Source: Mobula hypostoma (taxonomy: Eukaryota). From it: a DNA stretch of 64,000 bases. The notes beneath the pieces are model-generated. The model searched no databases. It was not told the origin of the DNA and saw nothing but the letters and a program-made list of their open reading frames with translations. The stretch's first letter is position 1, and the number at the start of each line of letters is the position of its first letter. The position numbers and the translations under genes were made by a program. Positions 1 to 12,149 of the stretch are shown here, piece after piece. Location of the stretch: NCBI RefSeq assembly GCF_963921235.1, contig NC_086108.1:89158001-89222000 (forward strand). The letters are read 5' to 3'.

Positions 1-2262
1 GGCTAAGGACTTGGTGTAGGAGGGAGGGCATAAAATTTTTGGATCATTGGGCTCTCAACCAGGGAAGGTAGGACCTGTACAGAAGGGTCATTTTGTATCT
101 GAACTAGAGAGGGTCTAATATCCTCGAGGGCAGGTTTGTTAATGCTGCATAGTGCATTTTAAACTAGAGTTGCAGGGGGATGGGGACCAGAATGCCAGAA
201 CAGTTAGAGGGGATTTTGTGGAGGCAGATGTTGTTAAGACCTCAGAGAGAGTCAGGAATCAAAAGGTTGAGCAGGGTGCAACTAATGTCCTGAGCTGTGT
301 ATATTTCAATGCAAGAAGTTTTGCAGGAGAGGACGATGCTAGTGCTGAAGAAGAGGTAGGTGGTTTACAAACAGAGGCAATCTGAAATGTGGAGAGGTTG
401 ATGATAGGGTAAAATTGCGGTGAACGGGATGAGTTGTAACCCAAAAGCTGGTCAAAATCAAAAAGGGTGAATGTGCTACCTATTTGAATGTGTGCATATA
501 CAAAATAACTTGCAGCACATTTGCAGATTGGCAGGTATGATGTTGTAGGCATCGCTGAATCATGGCTCAAAGAAGATTATAGCTGGGAGCTCAGTGTCCA
601 AGGATATACATCGTATCAAAGGGACAGGCAGGAATGCAGAGGGGCTGGTGCTGTTCTGTTGGCAAAAATGAAATTAATTCATTAGAAAAACGTGACATAG
701 GGTCGAAAGCTGTTAAATCACTGTGGATAGAGCTAAGGAACTGCAAGGGTAAAAAGACCCTGATGGGAGTTGTATACAGACTCCCAAAAAGTAAGAAGGG
801 TGTGGTTTACAAATTACAGTGAGAGACCGAAAATGCATGCCAGAAGGACAAAGTTACAATAGTCATTGGGGATTTCAATATGAAGGTAGACTGGGAAAAT
901 TATGGTACTGGATTCCAGGAAGGGAAATTTATAGATTGCCCATTGAATGGCTGTTTAGAGCAGCTAGTCGTTCAGCCCACTAGGGGATTGGCAATTCTGG
1001 ATTGGGTGTGGTGCAATGAACTGGTATTGATTAGAGAGCTTAAGGTAAAAGCACCTTTAGGGATCATAATATGATCAAATTCACACTGAAATTTGAGAAG
1101 AAGAAGCTAAAGTCAGATGTATCTGTATTATCAGTGGAGTAAAGGGAATTACAGAGCCATGAGAGAGGAGTTGGCCAGAACTGACTGGAAAAGAACACTG
1201 GCAGGGATGATGGCAGAGGTGTAATGGCTGGAATTTCTGGAAGCAATTTGGAAGGCACAAAATATATACATCCCGAAGAGGAAAAGTATTCTAAAGGAAA
1301 GATGACACAACCATGGTTAACAACAGAAGTCAAAGCCAACATAAAAACCAAAGGGAGGACATATAAGAGAGCAAAAATTAATGGGAATTCAGAGGACTGG
1401 GACACTTTTAAAAACCAACAGCAGCAAATGAAACACTTATTAAGAAGGTAAAGATGAAATATGAAAGTAAGTTCGCCAATAATACTAAAGAGGATACCAA
1501 AAGTTTCTTCAGATACATAAAGAGGCAAGCATGAATATCAGACCGCTAGAAAATAAAGTTCCAGGTGCCAGGGGGCATGAGGTGTGTGAAGTTACCATAA
1601 CTAGAGAAGGTTCTTGGAATACTGAGAGATCTGAAGGTAGATAGGTCACTTGGACCAGATGGTTCTGAAGATTGTGGAGGCATTAGTAACGATTTTTCAA
1701 GGATCACAAGATTCTGGAATGGTTTCAGCAGACCGGAAAATTGAAAATGTCACTCCACTTTCAAGAAGGGAGAGAGGCAGAAGTAAAGAAACTGTAGGCC
1801 AGTTAGTCTGACATCAGTGGTTGGGAAGTTCATTAATAAGGATGAGCTCTCAGGGTACTTGGAGGGGCATGATAAAATAGCCCTTAGTCAGCATGGTTTC
1901 CTCAAGGGAAAACCTTGCCTAACAAATCTTCTGGAATTCTTTGTAGAAGTAACAAGCAGAATAGACAAAAGAAAATCTGTTGGTGTTGTGAACTTGGATT
2001 TTCAGAAGGCCTTTGACAAGCTGCCACACATGAGGTTGCTTAACATGTGGTATGACGGGCAAGATTCCGGCATGAATAAAAGCATTGCTAATTGGCAGCA
2101 GGCAAAGATTGGGAATAAAGGGAGACTTTTCTGGTTAGCTGACGATGAATAGTGGTGTTCCACTGTGTTGGGACAGACACTTTTTAGGTTATATGTCAAT
2201 GATTTGGATAATGGAATTGATGGCTTAAATGAAAAGTTTGCAGATGATATGAAGATGGGTCT
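1..2262 (+). mobile_element. Degraded CR1 LINE: end of ORF1, APE endonuclease, RT N-terminal part; internally deleted and truncated
   Basis: Broken frames give CR1 motifs LSCVYFNARS, LWIELRNCKGKKTLMGVVYR, QPTRGLAILDWV, QHGFLKGKPCLTNLLEFF and LDFQKAFDKLPH, with many stops and frameshifts. Confidence 0.9.
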
Positions 2263-2334
2263 GGGATATGAGACATTACACCTCTGAACTTGGGCCTTTG
2301 AACCACATTTGAAACACAGGTGTGATAATGCCTC

Positions 2335-2445
2335 ATACACAAAATGCTGAGGAACTTAGCAGGTCATGCAGCGTGTACGGAGATGAATAAAATGTCGATG
2401 TTTTGGGCCAAGGCCTAACTACAGGACTGGAAAAGAAAGGGAAAG
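2335..2445 (-). mobile_element. PLE pseudo-LTR fragment with decayed hammerhead motif
   Basis: Resembles the reverse complement of the PLE 3' end at 7640-7740 (acacaaaatgctgaggaacttagcagg...caggactgg). Confidence 0.75.
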
Positions 2446-2509
2446 TCACCAGCAACTCCAGGAAAAGTCTGGAGCAGAGTGCTTGTGGCAAAGTCTCAGT
2501 ACTGCCAGT

Positions 2510-2625
2510 AGGGAGTTTCTCCATTCTCCCCATAATCACATGAGTGTCTTCCCACTGTCTGAAGACATACCAGCTGGTAGGTTAGTTGGTCATTGTAAAA
2601 CGTCCTGTGATTAGATTAGGATTTT
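2510..2625 (+). mobile_element. V-SINE/HE1-like SINE core fragment
   Basis: ggtaggttagttggtcattgtaaa...gattagattagg is shared with the fuller SINE copies at 20425-20690 and 61755-62150. Confidence 0.55.
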
Positions 2626-2710
2626 TTTTTAAAAAGATGAAATATGAAAGCTAGCTAGCAAGCAATATCAAAGTGGATAGTAAAAGCTTTTTCAAGTATG
2701 TAAAAAAATA

Positions 2711-3127
2711 CACTGGAATTTAAAAGGATGAGAGGGGATCTGATTGAAACATATAAGATTATTAAGGGATTAGACATGCTAGAAGCAGGAAACATGTTCC
2801 TGATGTTGGGGGAGTCCAGAACCAGAGGCCACAATTTGAGAATAAGTGGTAGGCCATTTAGAACGGAGCTGAGGAAAAACTTTTTCACCCAGAGAGTTGT
2901 GGATCAGTGGAATGCTCTGCCTCAGAAGGCAGTGGAGGCCAATTCTCTGAATGCTTTCAAGAAAGACTTAGATAGAGCTCTTAATGATAGTGCAGTCAAG
3001 GGATATGGGGAGAAGGCAGGAACGGGGTACTGATTGTGGATGATCAGCAATGATCACAGTGATTGGCGGTGCTGGCTTGAAGGGCCGAATGGCCTACTCT
3101 TGCACCTATTGTCTATTGTTTATTGTC
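2711..3127 (+). mobile_element. 5'-truncated CR1 3' end nested in the older CR1
   Basis: ORF 2728-3033 (MRGDLIETYKII...RTRGHNLRI...FFTQRVVDQWNALP), 3'UTR and (ctattgt)n tail. Host text taaaaaaata|aaagagagatg is split by it. Confidence 0.9.
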
Positions 3128-3700
3128 TAAAAGAGAGATGAGAGTTGATATAGGACCGCAAGAAAATGGGCCGGAGAAATAATAATGGGGGCCAAGGAGA
3201 TGGCAGATGAACTAAATATTTTGCATCAGTTTTCACTGTGGATGACACAAGCATTGTACCAGATGTTGAAAGGTGTGAGGGAAGAGAAGTGAGTGCAGTT
3301 ACTATTACAAGGGAGAAGGTGCTCAAAAAGTTGAAACACCTAAGGGTATATAAGTCACCCGGACCAGATGAACTGCACCCTTGGGTTCTGAAAGAGGTAG
3401 CGGTAAAGATTGTGGAGACATTAGTAATGATCTTTCAAAAATCATTACTGGAAAATTGCTAATGTCACTCCACTCTTTAAGAAAGGAGGAAGGCAGCAGA
3501 AAAGAAATTATAGAACAATTAGCCTTACCTCAGTGCTTGGGAAGATGTTGGAGTCAATTGTTAAGGATGAGGATATGGAAAACTTGCAGACACAGGACAG
3601 GATAGGACAAAGTTAGCATGGTTTCCTTCAGGAAAAATCTTGCCTGATGAACCTGTTGGAAATCTTTAAGGAGATTACATGTAAAATGGATTAAGGGGAT

Positions 3701-4565
3701 TGTGACGAGAATACACATAAAATTAAGATGTTTGCTGGCCTGGGTTAGCATCAGTGACATCAGCAAGTGGTCTGCCACCTGCCCTCAGGGGAAGGAGAGA
3801 TAAGGAACAATGGAGCAGCGTCTGGAGATGTGTAATGAAGGGACGTGGGAGAGAGAGCTGTCTGGAGTGGCTCCCCCCTTTGAACCCTGAACTGTTTGAA
3901 GTGATGGACAGGCGATACCCCAGCAGGGGGATAAAAAGGGACCGGTTCGCTAAGGCAGGACACACACACGCCACCCGAGGTAACGAGACCCTGGAAGCGA
4001 TACGCTTCTCACGAGTGGGTGAGAAGTACCAGAAAACGCCCAGGGTGGAAAGGTACGATCAGCGGGAACCCGGTGTGTGTCCGCCCTTGCCTGGGTGCCG
4101 GGTTCACTGCAGAGGATCGACCGCATCTGGAGGAGGGGTCACAGTCGGTGACCTCAGGTGACATCACCAAGGACCCACCCAAAAGCTGCTTGTGAGCCAT
4201 CTCGCCGGTCTGTGAGTGAAGCCGTTCTGAATGATCAGTTGTTCCCGTTCTATCTCTCTCTTCCCCCCACGTTGTCCATCGCCAGGGCAACGATTACTGC
4301 GAACTGAACTACCAAACTGGACAGAACTTTGAGTCACTTTTAAATTTGGTCATTTACCCCTAGACAACGATAGAGCTTGATTGATGCTGTTATCTTAATT
4401 CTGTGCACATGTGTGTTTATCATCGCTGAACTGTTGCATCCATTATCCTTTCGATTACTGTGTTGCTTGTTTCTTTAATAAAACTTTCTTAGTTCTAGTA
4501 CTCCAGACTCCAACTGAGTGATCCATTTCTGCTGGTTTGGCAACCCAGTTACGGGGTACGTAACA
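3701..4565 (+). mobile_element. Solo LTR (Gypsy-type), 865 bp
   Basis: TGTGACG...CGTAACA inverted termini; 4-bp TSD GGAT at 3697-3700 and 4566-4569; ATAAAAA at 3931; AATAAA at 4477. It splits a CR1 RT coding stretch. Confidence 0.92.
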
Positions 4566-6802
4566 GGATATAGTGGAAGTTGTATATTTGGATTTTCAGA
4601 AGGTCTTTGACGAGGTGCCACACATGAGGCTTCCTACCAAGATAAGACTCATGGTATTACAGGAAAGTTACTGGCCTATTCAGAGCATAGGCTAATTGGT
4701 AGGAGGCAGCAAGTGGGAAGAAGATGATCCTTTTCTGGTTGGCTGCCAGTGAATAGTGGTATTCTGCAGGGATCGGTGTTGGGACCCCTTCTTTTTATGT
4801 TGTATATCAACGATTTAGATGATGGAATAAATAGCTTTGTTGCCAAGTTTTCAGATGATACAAAGATTGGTGGAGGAGCAGGTAATGCTGAGGAAACAGG
4901 TAGGCTGCAGAAGGACTTGGGTTAGGAGAATGGGCAAGAGAGTGCCAAATGAAATACAATGTTGGAAAATGCGTGGTCATGCACTTTTGTAGTAGAAAAA
5001 AATGTGCAGACAATGTTCTAGACGGGGAGAAAATCCAAAAAATCTGAGATGCAAAGGGTCGTGTGAGTTGTTGAGTAGAACAACCTAAAGGTCAACTTGC
5101 AGATAGAATTGGTGGTGAGGAAGGCAAATGCAATTTTAGCATTAATTTCACGAATTCTAGAATACAAGAGCAGGGATGTGATGCTGAGACTTTATGAGGC
5201 AGTGGTGAGGCCTCACCTTGATTATTGTGAACAGTCTTAGTCTCTTCATCTGAGAAAAGATCTCCTGGCATTGGAGAGGGTTCAGAGGAGGTTCACAAGG
5301 ATGATTCCAGGAATGAAAGGGTTATCATACCAGGAACGTTTGATAGCTCTGGGTCTGTACTCGCTGGAATTTAGAAGGATGGGGGGATCTTATTGAAACC
5401 TTTCGAATGTTGAAAGACCTAAACGGAGTAGACGTGGAAAGGATGTTTCCCATGGTGGGGGAGTTTAGGACAAGAGGGCACAGCCTCAGGATTGAGGTCG
5501 TCCATTCTAAAACAAGATGCGGAGAAATTTCTGTAGTCAGAGAATAGTGAATTTGTAGAATTTATTACCACAGGCAGCTGTGGAGGCTTTGTTATTGGGT
5601 GTATTTAACGCAGAGCTTGATAGGTTCTTGATCTGACATGGCATCAAAAGTTATGGGGAGAAGGCCAGGGAGTTGGACTGAGGGGAAAAACGGATCAGCT
5701 ATGATTGAATGGCGGAGCAGATTCGATGGGCCCAATGTTTTATGGTCTTATGGTCTTAACTGAGGTGATTGCTGGGTGGCATGGTTCAAAGGGCCGGAAG
5801 GTTTCATTCTGCTTTGTAGTCAATAAATAAATAAATAAATGTCAATGAGAAAGTGCCACTTAAAGCACTATTGAAAATATCTTCCACAATTCCATGAATG
5901 ATAGAAAATGTAACTGCATTGGACTTGTCCTGCATTTTGTGGATTCTTAACAAGATTATCTCTGCAATTAACAACCCATTATCACCTCTGAACTGTTAGT
6001 ATGCTAAAATTATAAACATTTACTGCGCAGAAGAGATCATTAAGCTTATCAAATCCGTGCCAGCTCTTTTCTACTGCCGTTTAAAATTATCTCACTGCTC
6101 TTTATGGTGTTTACATTTCCATTATTCAAAGCAAAGCTTGCAAGTAAAATGTTTGAAGAAAAAGCCAGGGAATCACTTTTTCACAGACTTTATTTGTCTT
6201 TATTAATAATGGATTTGACATTTTTTAACAGTTTTATGGTGCTCCCCCAGAAGAAACTCCACATGATAATATGTCTCCAGATCCTGTGATTTTACTTTCC
6301 TTGCTTATGTGGGAAGTTGATTTCTACAATACCTCATGATTTACTCTAATTATAGTGGTTATCGTGCCTTACACCAAGTAGCTAATTAACATTGTTTTGA
6401 GCTATCAGCCTCAAGTTTGATTCATTATTTTTTGTTACAATCTAGGCTAATTTTAGTTATCAAACCCTCAAAACTTTTAGGTCCATTATTGCTTAAACTA
6501 ATGAATTTTTACTATTCTATATTTAAACTCGTGTGTATTGTATAGGTGCAACATGTTTGAACTTAGTTCCAATCTAATATTGAGATATAATAACAACTAA
6601 CAATAATATTAAGTACTTTATTGATCACAAATGGGAAATTATTTCGTTACAGCAGCAACATTTAAAACATATTTAGCAAATAATAATGATAACTAATAAA
6701 GTACAGAATAATAATATACACAATAATAATTTACCAATGCGCAATAAGCTGCCAAAATTATGTACAAAATAATAAAACAGACTTCCCATTCCCATTCTGA
6801 CA

Positions 6803-7348
6803 CTCCAACGGGATTCCACCACTAAGCACATCTTTTCCTCCCTCCCTCTCTCTGCATTCCGCAGGGATCGCTCCCTACACAACTCCCTTGTCCATTCGTC
6901 CCCCCCATCCCTCCCCACTGATCTCCCTCCTGGCACTTATCCGTGTAAGCGGAACAAGTGCTACACATGCCCTTACACTTCCTCCCTTACCACCATTCAG
7001 GGCCCCAAACAGTCCTTCCAGGTGAGGCATCACTTCACCTGTGAGTCGACTGGGGTGATATACTGCGTCCGGTGCTCCCGATGTGGCCTTTTATATATTG
7101 GTGAGACCCGACGCAGACTGGGAGACCGCTTTGCTGAACATCTACGCTCTGTCCGCCAGAGAAAGCAGGATCTCCCAGTGGCCACACATTTTAATTCCAC
7201 ATCCCATTCCCATTCTGACATGTCTATCCACGGCCTCCTCTACTGTAAAGATGAAGCCACACTCAGGTTGGAGGAACAACACCTTATATTCCGTCTGGGT
7301 AGCCTCCAACCTGATGGCATGAACATTGACTTCTCTAACTTCCGCTAG
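6803..7348 (+). pseudogene. PLE GIY-YIG endonuclease domain, stop-free but 5'-truncated
   Basis: AFRRDRSLHNSLV...PCKRNKCYTC...FTCESTGVIYCVRCSRCGLLYIGETRRRLGDRFAEH...VATHFN...LEEQHLIFRLGSLQPDGMN shows the VIY-YIG and Cys/His motifs typical of PLEs. Confidence 0.93.
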
Positions 7349-7640
7349 GCCCCACCTCCCCCTCGTACCCCATCTGTTACTCATTTTTATGCACACATTC
7401 TTTCTCTCACTCTCCTTTTTCTCCCTCTGTCCCTCTGAATATACCTCTTGCCCATCCTCTGGGTCACCCCCCCCCGTCTTTCTTCCCGGACCTCCTGTCC
7501 CATGATCCTCTCGTATCCCCTTTTGCTTATCACCTGTCCAGCTCTCGGCTCCATCCCTCCCCCTCCTGTCTTCTCCTATCATTTTGCATCTCCCCCTCCC
7601 CCTCCAGCTTTCAAATCCCTTACTCACTCTTCCTTCAGTT

Positions 7641-7676
7641 AGTCCTGACGAAGGGTCTCGGCCTGAAACGTCGACT
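7641..7676 (+). ncRNA. Minimal type I hammerhead ribozyme (PLE pseudo-LTR), intact core
   Basis: AGTC-CTGACGA-agggtctcggcct-GAAA-CG-TC^GACT. Stem I is AGTC/GACT, both core boxes are present, stem III is the palindrome ACGT, and the GUC cleavage triplet ends at 7672. Confidence 0.8.
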
Positions 7677-8919
7677 GCACCTCTTCCTATAGATGCTGCC
7701 TGGCCTGCTGCGTTCACCAGCAACTTTGATGTGTGTTGCTTGAATTTCCAGCATCTGCAGAATTCCTGTTGTTTGCGTTTACTGTACTATGATATGTGTT
7801 CTCCTGTTGCACAGAGATGAATTGTTGTATATGCCTCTTACATTTAGTAGGAAAGATTTTCTGTAACGATCTTTGCGACCGTGAAGCTGAATGAGCCTGT
7901 TCGAAAGGGTGTTCCACTGCTTATTCAGTAGGTCATGGAGATGATGTGCCCCATTACCATCATGGATAACAGTTTGTTTAATGACCTCCTCTCATCACTA
8001 ACTCAAAAGAGTTCATGGAGGAGATGTGAAATGTACCTAACAACACCTGCTTATCCAGTTGTGGTTCCTTTTATTCAGGTATTATTGATGGAACCTCATT
8101 GATATTTTAGTTTTTGATACTTGATACAATATAAATTGCTTGTGATAACAGCAAAAATAAGATTTTCTCAACATGTCATTCTGATAAAGGAGGCAACTGG
8201 GAAAAATGTTTCTTTCTGGTAAGATTATCTGACCCATATGCTTGATGAACTGAATTCATGTACTGTACATTCTACTTAAAAGTTAATTGTTTCTTCATAA
8301 CCCCAATGGTAATTTAGACCTCTTTCCTATATCACTTGGTCCAGTTCTTCTTTTAGCAGCCTTCCATATTCCCAGAATTATTGATGTTCACCACATTAAC
8401 CTATCCAGACATAAAAAGCAGCACTTATACTTGGCAATATAAATTGAAAGAGAGCTGTGACCTATTTCACGGTCTCTTGAGTTGTACTTTTTGATGAGTT
8501 CTTATCCTGACGTACAAATTAAGTTTTACTGAAAATAATACAAATTAATTAGGCCTTACTCAAACAATTCAGTAACAAAGAATTTTTATGCAAGCTGATA
8601 AAAAATAAGATAAAGGAAATATATGGAATTAGTTAGTGCAAATAGTAAAGATTTTGAGGTACATACAGTGCAGGTTTAGATCTCCAGTAGGTATATTTCT
8701 ATACCATACCAATTATCGTACAATAATGGCTGTCTAATATTTGGAAAGTAAAAGTTCATTTTAGAAAAAAAATTCTGGTGTACGTATCTTATGTAATTAA
8801 AATTCCAATTAATAGCAAGTACTTGAATTACTGGTTCAAACGTGATTTCCGAAACAGAGGAGTTTTTGGTGCTTGTGTCATGGTTCCATTCATGAAATAT
8901 GATCAGATTAAAGTCATTC

Positions 8920-8983
8920 TGGTTCCTCCAGCATTTTATGTGTGTTGCTTCGATTTCCAGCACCTGCAGATTTTCTCTTGTTT
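8920..8983 (+). mobile_element. PLE extreme 3' end fragment
   Basis: gttcctccagcattttatgtgtgttgcttcgatttccagcacctgcagattttctcttgttt matches the other PLE termini and is flanked by gtcatt on both sides. Confidence 0.75.
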
Positions 8984-9109
8984 GTCATTATAACTAATCC
9001 TTTCTTTTTTGCATTGGGCTTGGTAATCCACAAAGCACTGGGGCAATGTAGGAGGAGGGATATATTGGAAAGAGAGGTTATAGTTGTGTGATGTTGAGAA
9101 GATTACCGG

Positions 9110-9410
9110 TCATACAGTCCATTGGGTCCACATGACCATTAATCTCCCAGTTGGAATGACCCTACATTGATCCCATTTTTATCCTCCCTACATTCTCTGC
9201 AGGTTTCTCCAGATTTTGCCACTCACATACAAACTCAGAGCAATTTAGAGTGGCTAATTAACCCACCAATGTGGAATGTGGGAGGAGACCAGTTCAACAG
9301 GAAGAAACCTATGCATTTATAAGAAACAAACAAATTCCACACCACACTGATAGGACCCAGGGTCAGGATCTGGAGCTGTGAGACAGCAGCCCTACTAGCT
9401 GCACAGCTAG
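9110..9410 (-). mobile_element. Old tRNA-derived V-SINE-like element
   Basis: caatttagagtggctaattaacc...ggaatgtgggaggagacc...gaaacctatgca is the reverse complement of the SINE core. Confidence 0.55.
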
Positions 9411-9466
9411 ACCATCTGAACGTGAGGGGTAAGAACTGGATAAAGGAACAGGAAGAGGTAACAAGA

Positions 9467-10045
9467 GAACACACACAAAATTATGGAGGTACTCAGCAGG
9501 TCAGGCAGCATCTATGGAAATGAATAAATAGTCGATGTTTCGAGCTGAGACCATTGTTTAGGGCTGAAAAGGATGGCGGAAGATGCCAGAATGAAAATAT
9601 AGGGGGAGGGGAAAGAGAATAGCTAAAAGGTGATAGGTGAAGGCAGGTGGGTAGAAAATGTAATGGGGTGATGAGGAAGAGATCGGACCAAGGGAGAAAA
9701 GGAAAGAGGTGGGGACCCAGGGGAGGTGATAAGCAGGTGAGAAGAGTTAAGAGGCCAGAGTGGGGAATAAAAGAGGGGAGGGGGCAGGGAAATTTTTTTA
9801 TACCGGAAGGAGAAATCAATATTCATGCTATCTGGTTGGATGCTACCCAGACGGAATATGAACGATTACTCCTTTACCCTGAGAACCAACATGTCGGAAT
9901 GGGAATAGGAATGGGAATTAAAATGTTTGGCAATTGGGAAGTTCTGTTTTTGGCAGTTAACGTGGAGGTGCTTGACGAAGAGGTACAGTACCCCAATTTG
10001 TGTTGGATCTCACCAGTGTAGAGGAGACTTCATTGGAAGCACCAG
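9467..10045 (-). mobile_element. PLE 3' fragment (EN C-terminus and pseudo-LTR)
   Basis: Homologous to 7080-7740 on the minus strand; reads MNIDFSFR; decayed hammerhead at ~9530-9566. Confidence 0.85.
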
Positions 10046-10456
10046 AAAAAGTATTTAATGAATGCTTTGTGCAAAAGGCACAGAGGTTGCTTAACAAAAT
10101 AAGGTGATGTGGTGAAAATAAAGTATTTAATGGAATCATGAACAACTGTGGTTCTGAATTCCAGTGAAGATTTGGCCTGGTTTCCTGATATAATTGTGGT
10201 GTAAAGTGATTGTTACTTATTAATCTGGGTTCTCCAAGAGTCCCACTGAGTTTCCATTGAAGGTAGTGCATGATGTCTGGAAATCTCCTTGGAAATTTCA
10301 ACCCCTATCTTTTCAACAATGTAGACAGTGAGGAGTTGACTTATTGTGGCTAATTATATGAGTGGGTTCTGCGATTGGAGAAATGGGGGCAATACAGGTT
10401 CAAACTTACAAACTCTGTCTCTCCACAGGTGAAAGAAACTTCTGAAGCTAGGGAGC

Positions 10457-11605
10457 AACACACACAAAGTGCTTGACAAACTGAGGAGTTCAGGCAGCAT
10501 CTACGAAAAGAATAAACAGTCAACATTTTGGGCTGAGACCGCTCATCGGGATTGGAGAAGAAGGGCAAAGCCATCAGAATAAAAAGGTGGAGGGACGGGA
10601 GGAATGAGAAGCTAGAAAAAAGATAGGAGAAGCCAAGTGGGTGGGGGGGGGTGATAAGGTAAGAAGGTGGAAAGTGATAGGTGGAAAAGGCAAAGGGCAG
10701 GAGAAGAAAGAATGTGATAGGAGAGGAGAGACAACCATAGAGGGAAGGGAATAAGGTGAGGCACCAAGAGGAGGTGTGATAGGCAGGAGATTAGAAGAGA
10801 TAAGAATGTGGAACAGAAGAAGAGAGAGGGGAGGGAAAAATATATGAGATGGAGAAACTGTTGGTCACACCATCAGGTTGGAGGCTACAGCACCTAGATG
10901 GAATATCAGGTGTTGCTCCTCCTTCCTGAGAATGGCCTCATCATGGCAGTAGATGAAGACGTGGACTAATATGTCTGAACGGGAATGGGGATAGGAATTA
11001 AAATGGTTGACCTTCGAGAAATTCCACAGTTTGCAGATGGAGTGGAAGTGCTTGACAAAGCAGACCCCCAATTCAAATCAGATCTCACCAGTACAGGAAG
11101 CATATCAGGAGCATCGGTACAATAGACAAACCCAACAGATTTGCAGGATCCACCTGGAAGGACGGTTTGGGGCCGCTGAATGGAGGTGAGGTAGTAGGAG
11201 ATTGGGTAGCTGTAGTATTCTACAGCTTGTAGGGATACATGCCTGGTGGGAGGTTAGTGGGAAAGGATGAATGGACAATGGAATCACAGAGAGAGTGATC
11301 CCTGTGGAAAGCTGAAAGTGGGGTTGCTGGGGGTGTGGGACATAACAATGTGTTTGATGGTCGTATCCTGTTCAAGATGGCTAAAGTTGTGGAGAATAAA
11401 GTGTTGGATGCACAGGCTAATGAAGTGGTAGGTGAGGACTAGGGGAAGACTATCTCTAAGGTGGTGGAAAGATGGTGTGAACCGTGGATGACCCAGGAAG
11501 TGGAGCAGATGTGGGTGAGGAGAGCATCAATGCTGGAGGATGGGAAAAGTTGTTCATTGAAGAAGATATCTCTGATATCCTAGAAAGGCAAAACTAATCC
11601 TGGAA
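10457..11605 (-). mobile_element. PLE 3' fragment, older
   Basis: Minus-strand HFNSYPHSRSDI...EEQHLIFHLG...NLMV; pseudo-LTR with decayed hammerhead at ~10517-10552. Confidence 0.85.
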
Positions 11606-12149
11606 CTATATTTGAAGATTTGGCCTGGGATTGCCATCTACTACCAGATCATGTCTGGCATCAAATCCATGCCAAGTTCAGTGCCATTGGATTTTAATAA
11701 ACCTTGAGTCAAAAAAAACCTAGCTTCAATACCCATGAAAATATTCCATTATTGTAAAAATTCACCTATCTCCATCTCGGAAGAAATTGTGTCATTCTTC
11801 CCTGTGTGTGACTGCTGACCAACAGTGCTGTGGTTGCCTCCTAAATGCCCCATTAAAAAGCCCTTCAAGATACTCAGATTAGGGACTTTTGGAGATGGAC
11901 AATAATGCTGCTCTTGCCAATTACACTCACATGCTGTGAATTAATAAATGAAATCTCATCACTCTCTACAAAGCATTTTGTATTTTATCTTAATTCTGTC
12001 TTGTGACTTTTCTTCTATCTGTCCATGCCATCTCCATTTGAGTCCCTCATTTTCTGTTGGAATCACAGTGGTTTGTACCCACTGGCCAGCTGGCTGCTAT
12101 AATCAGTAACATCAAGTGCTATCAGATGTGTAAAACTGTTGCTGAATAG

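Larger units (their letters stand above)
2630..5757 (+). mobile_element. Degraded CR1 LINE (ORF2 linker, RT, C-terminus, 3' tail) interrupted by a CR1 3' fragment and a solo LTR
   Basis: Motifs KSPGPDELHPWVLKE, VVYLDFQKVFD, QGSVLGPLLF, KFSDDTKIGG and RVQRRFTRMIPG; tandem tail atggtctt at ~5741-5757. The reading resumes across both insertions. Confidence 0.9.
6781..7778 (+). mobile_element. Young Neptune-type Penelope-like element 3' part: GIY-YIG endonuclease plus pseudo-LTR
   Basis: Open frame ~6803-7348, pyrimidine-rich 3'UTR, hammerhead motif and conserved terminus ...ccagcatctgcagaattcctgttgttt. Confidence 0.93.
6600..8020 (-). mobile_element. Rex1/Babar-like LINE 3' end, split by a PLE
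   Basis: Minus strand ~7830-7920 reads NRLIQLHGRKDRYRKSFL, like Rex1 C-termini; AT-rich 3'UTR with AATAAA (tttatt near 6617). Confidence 0.6.

Noticed and set aside
3754..4290. ORFs of 135 and 93 aa as genes
   Set aside because: They lie wholly inside a GC-rich solo LTR and show no recognisable domain.
7142..7820. 193-aa minus-strand ORF and recurring MLVNAAGQAA / PIDAAWPAAF peptides
   Set aside because: These are translations of PLE antisense and pseudo-LTR sequence; they recur because the repeat recurs.
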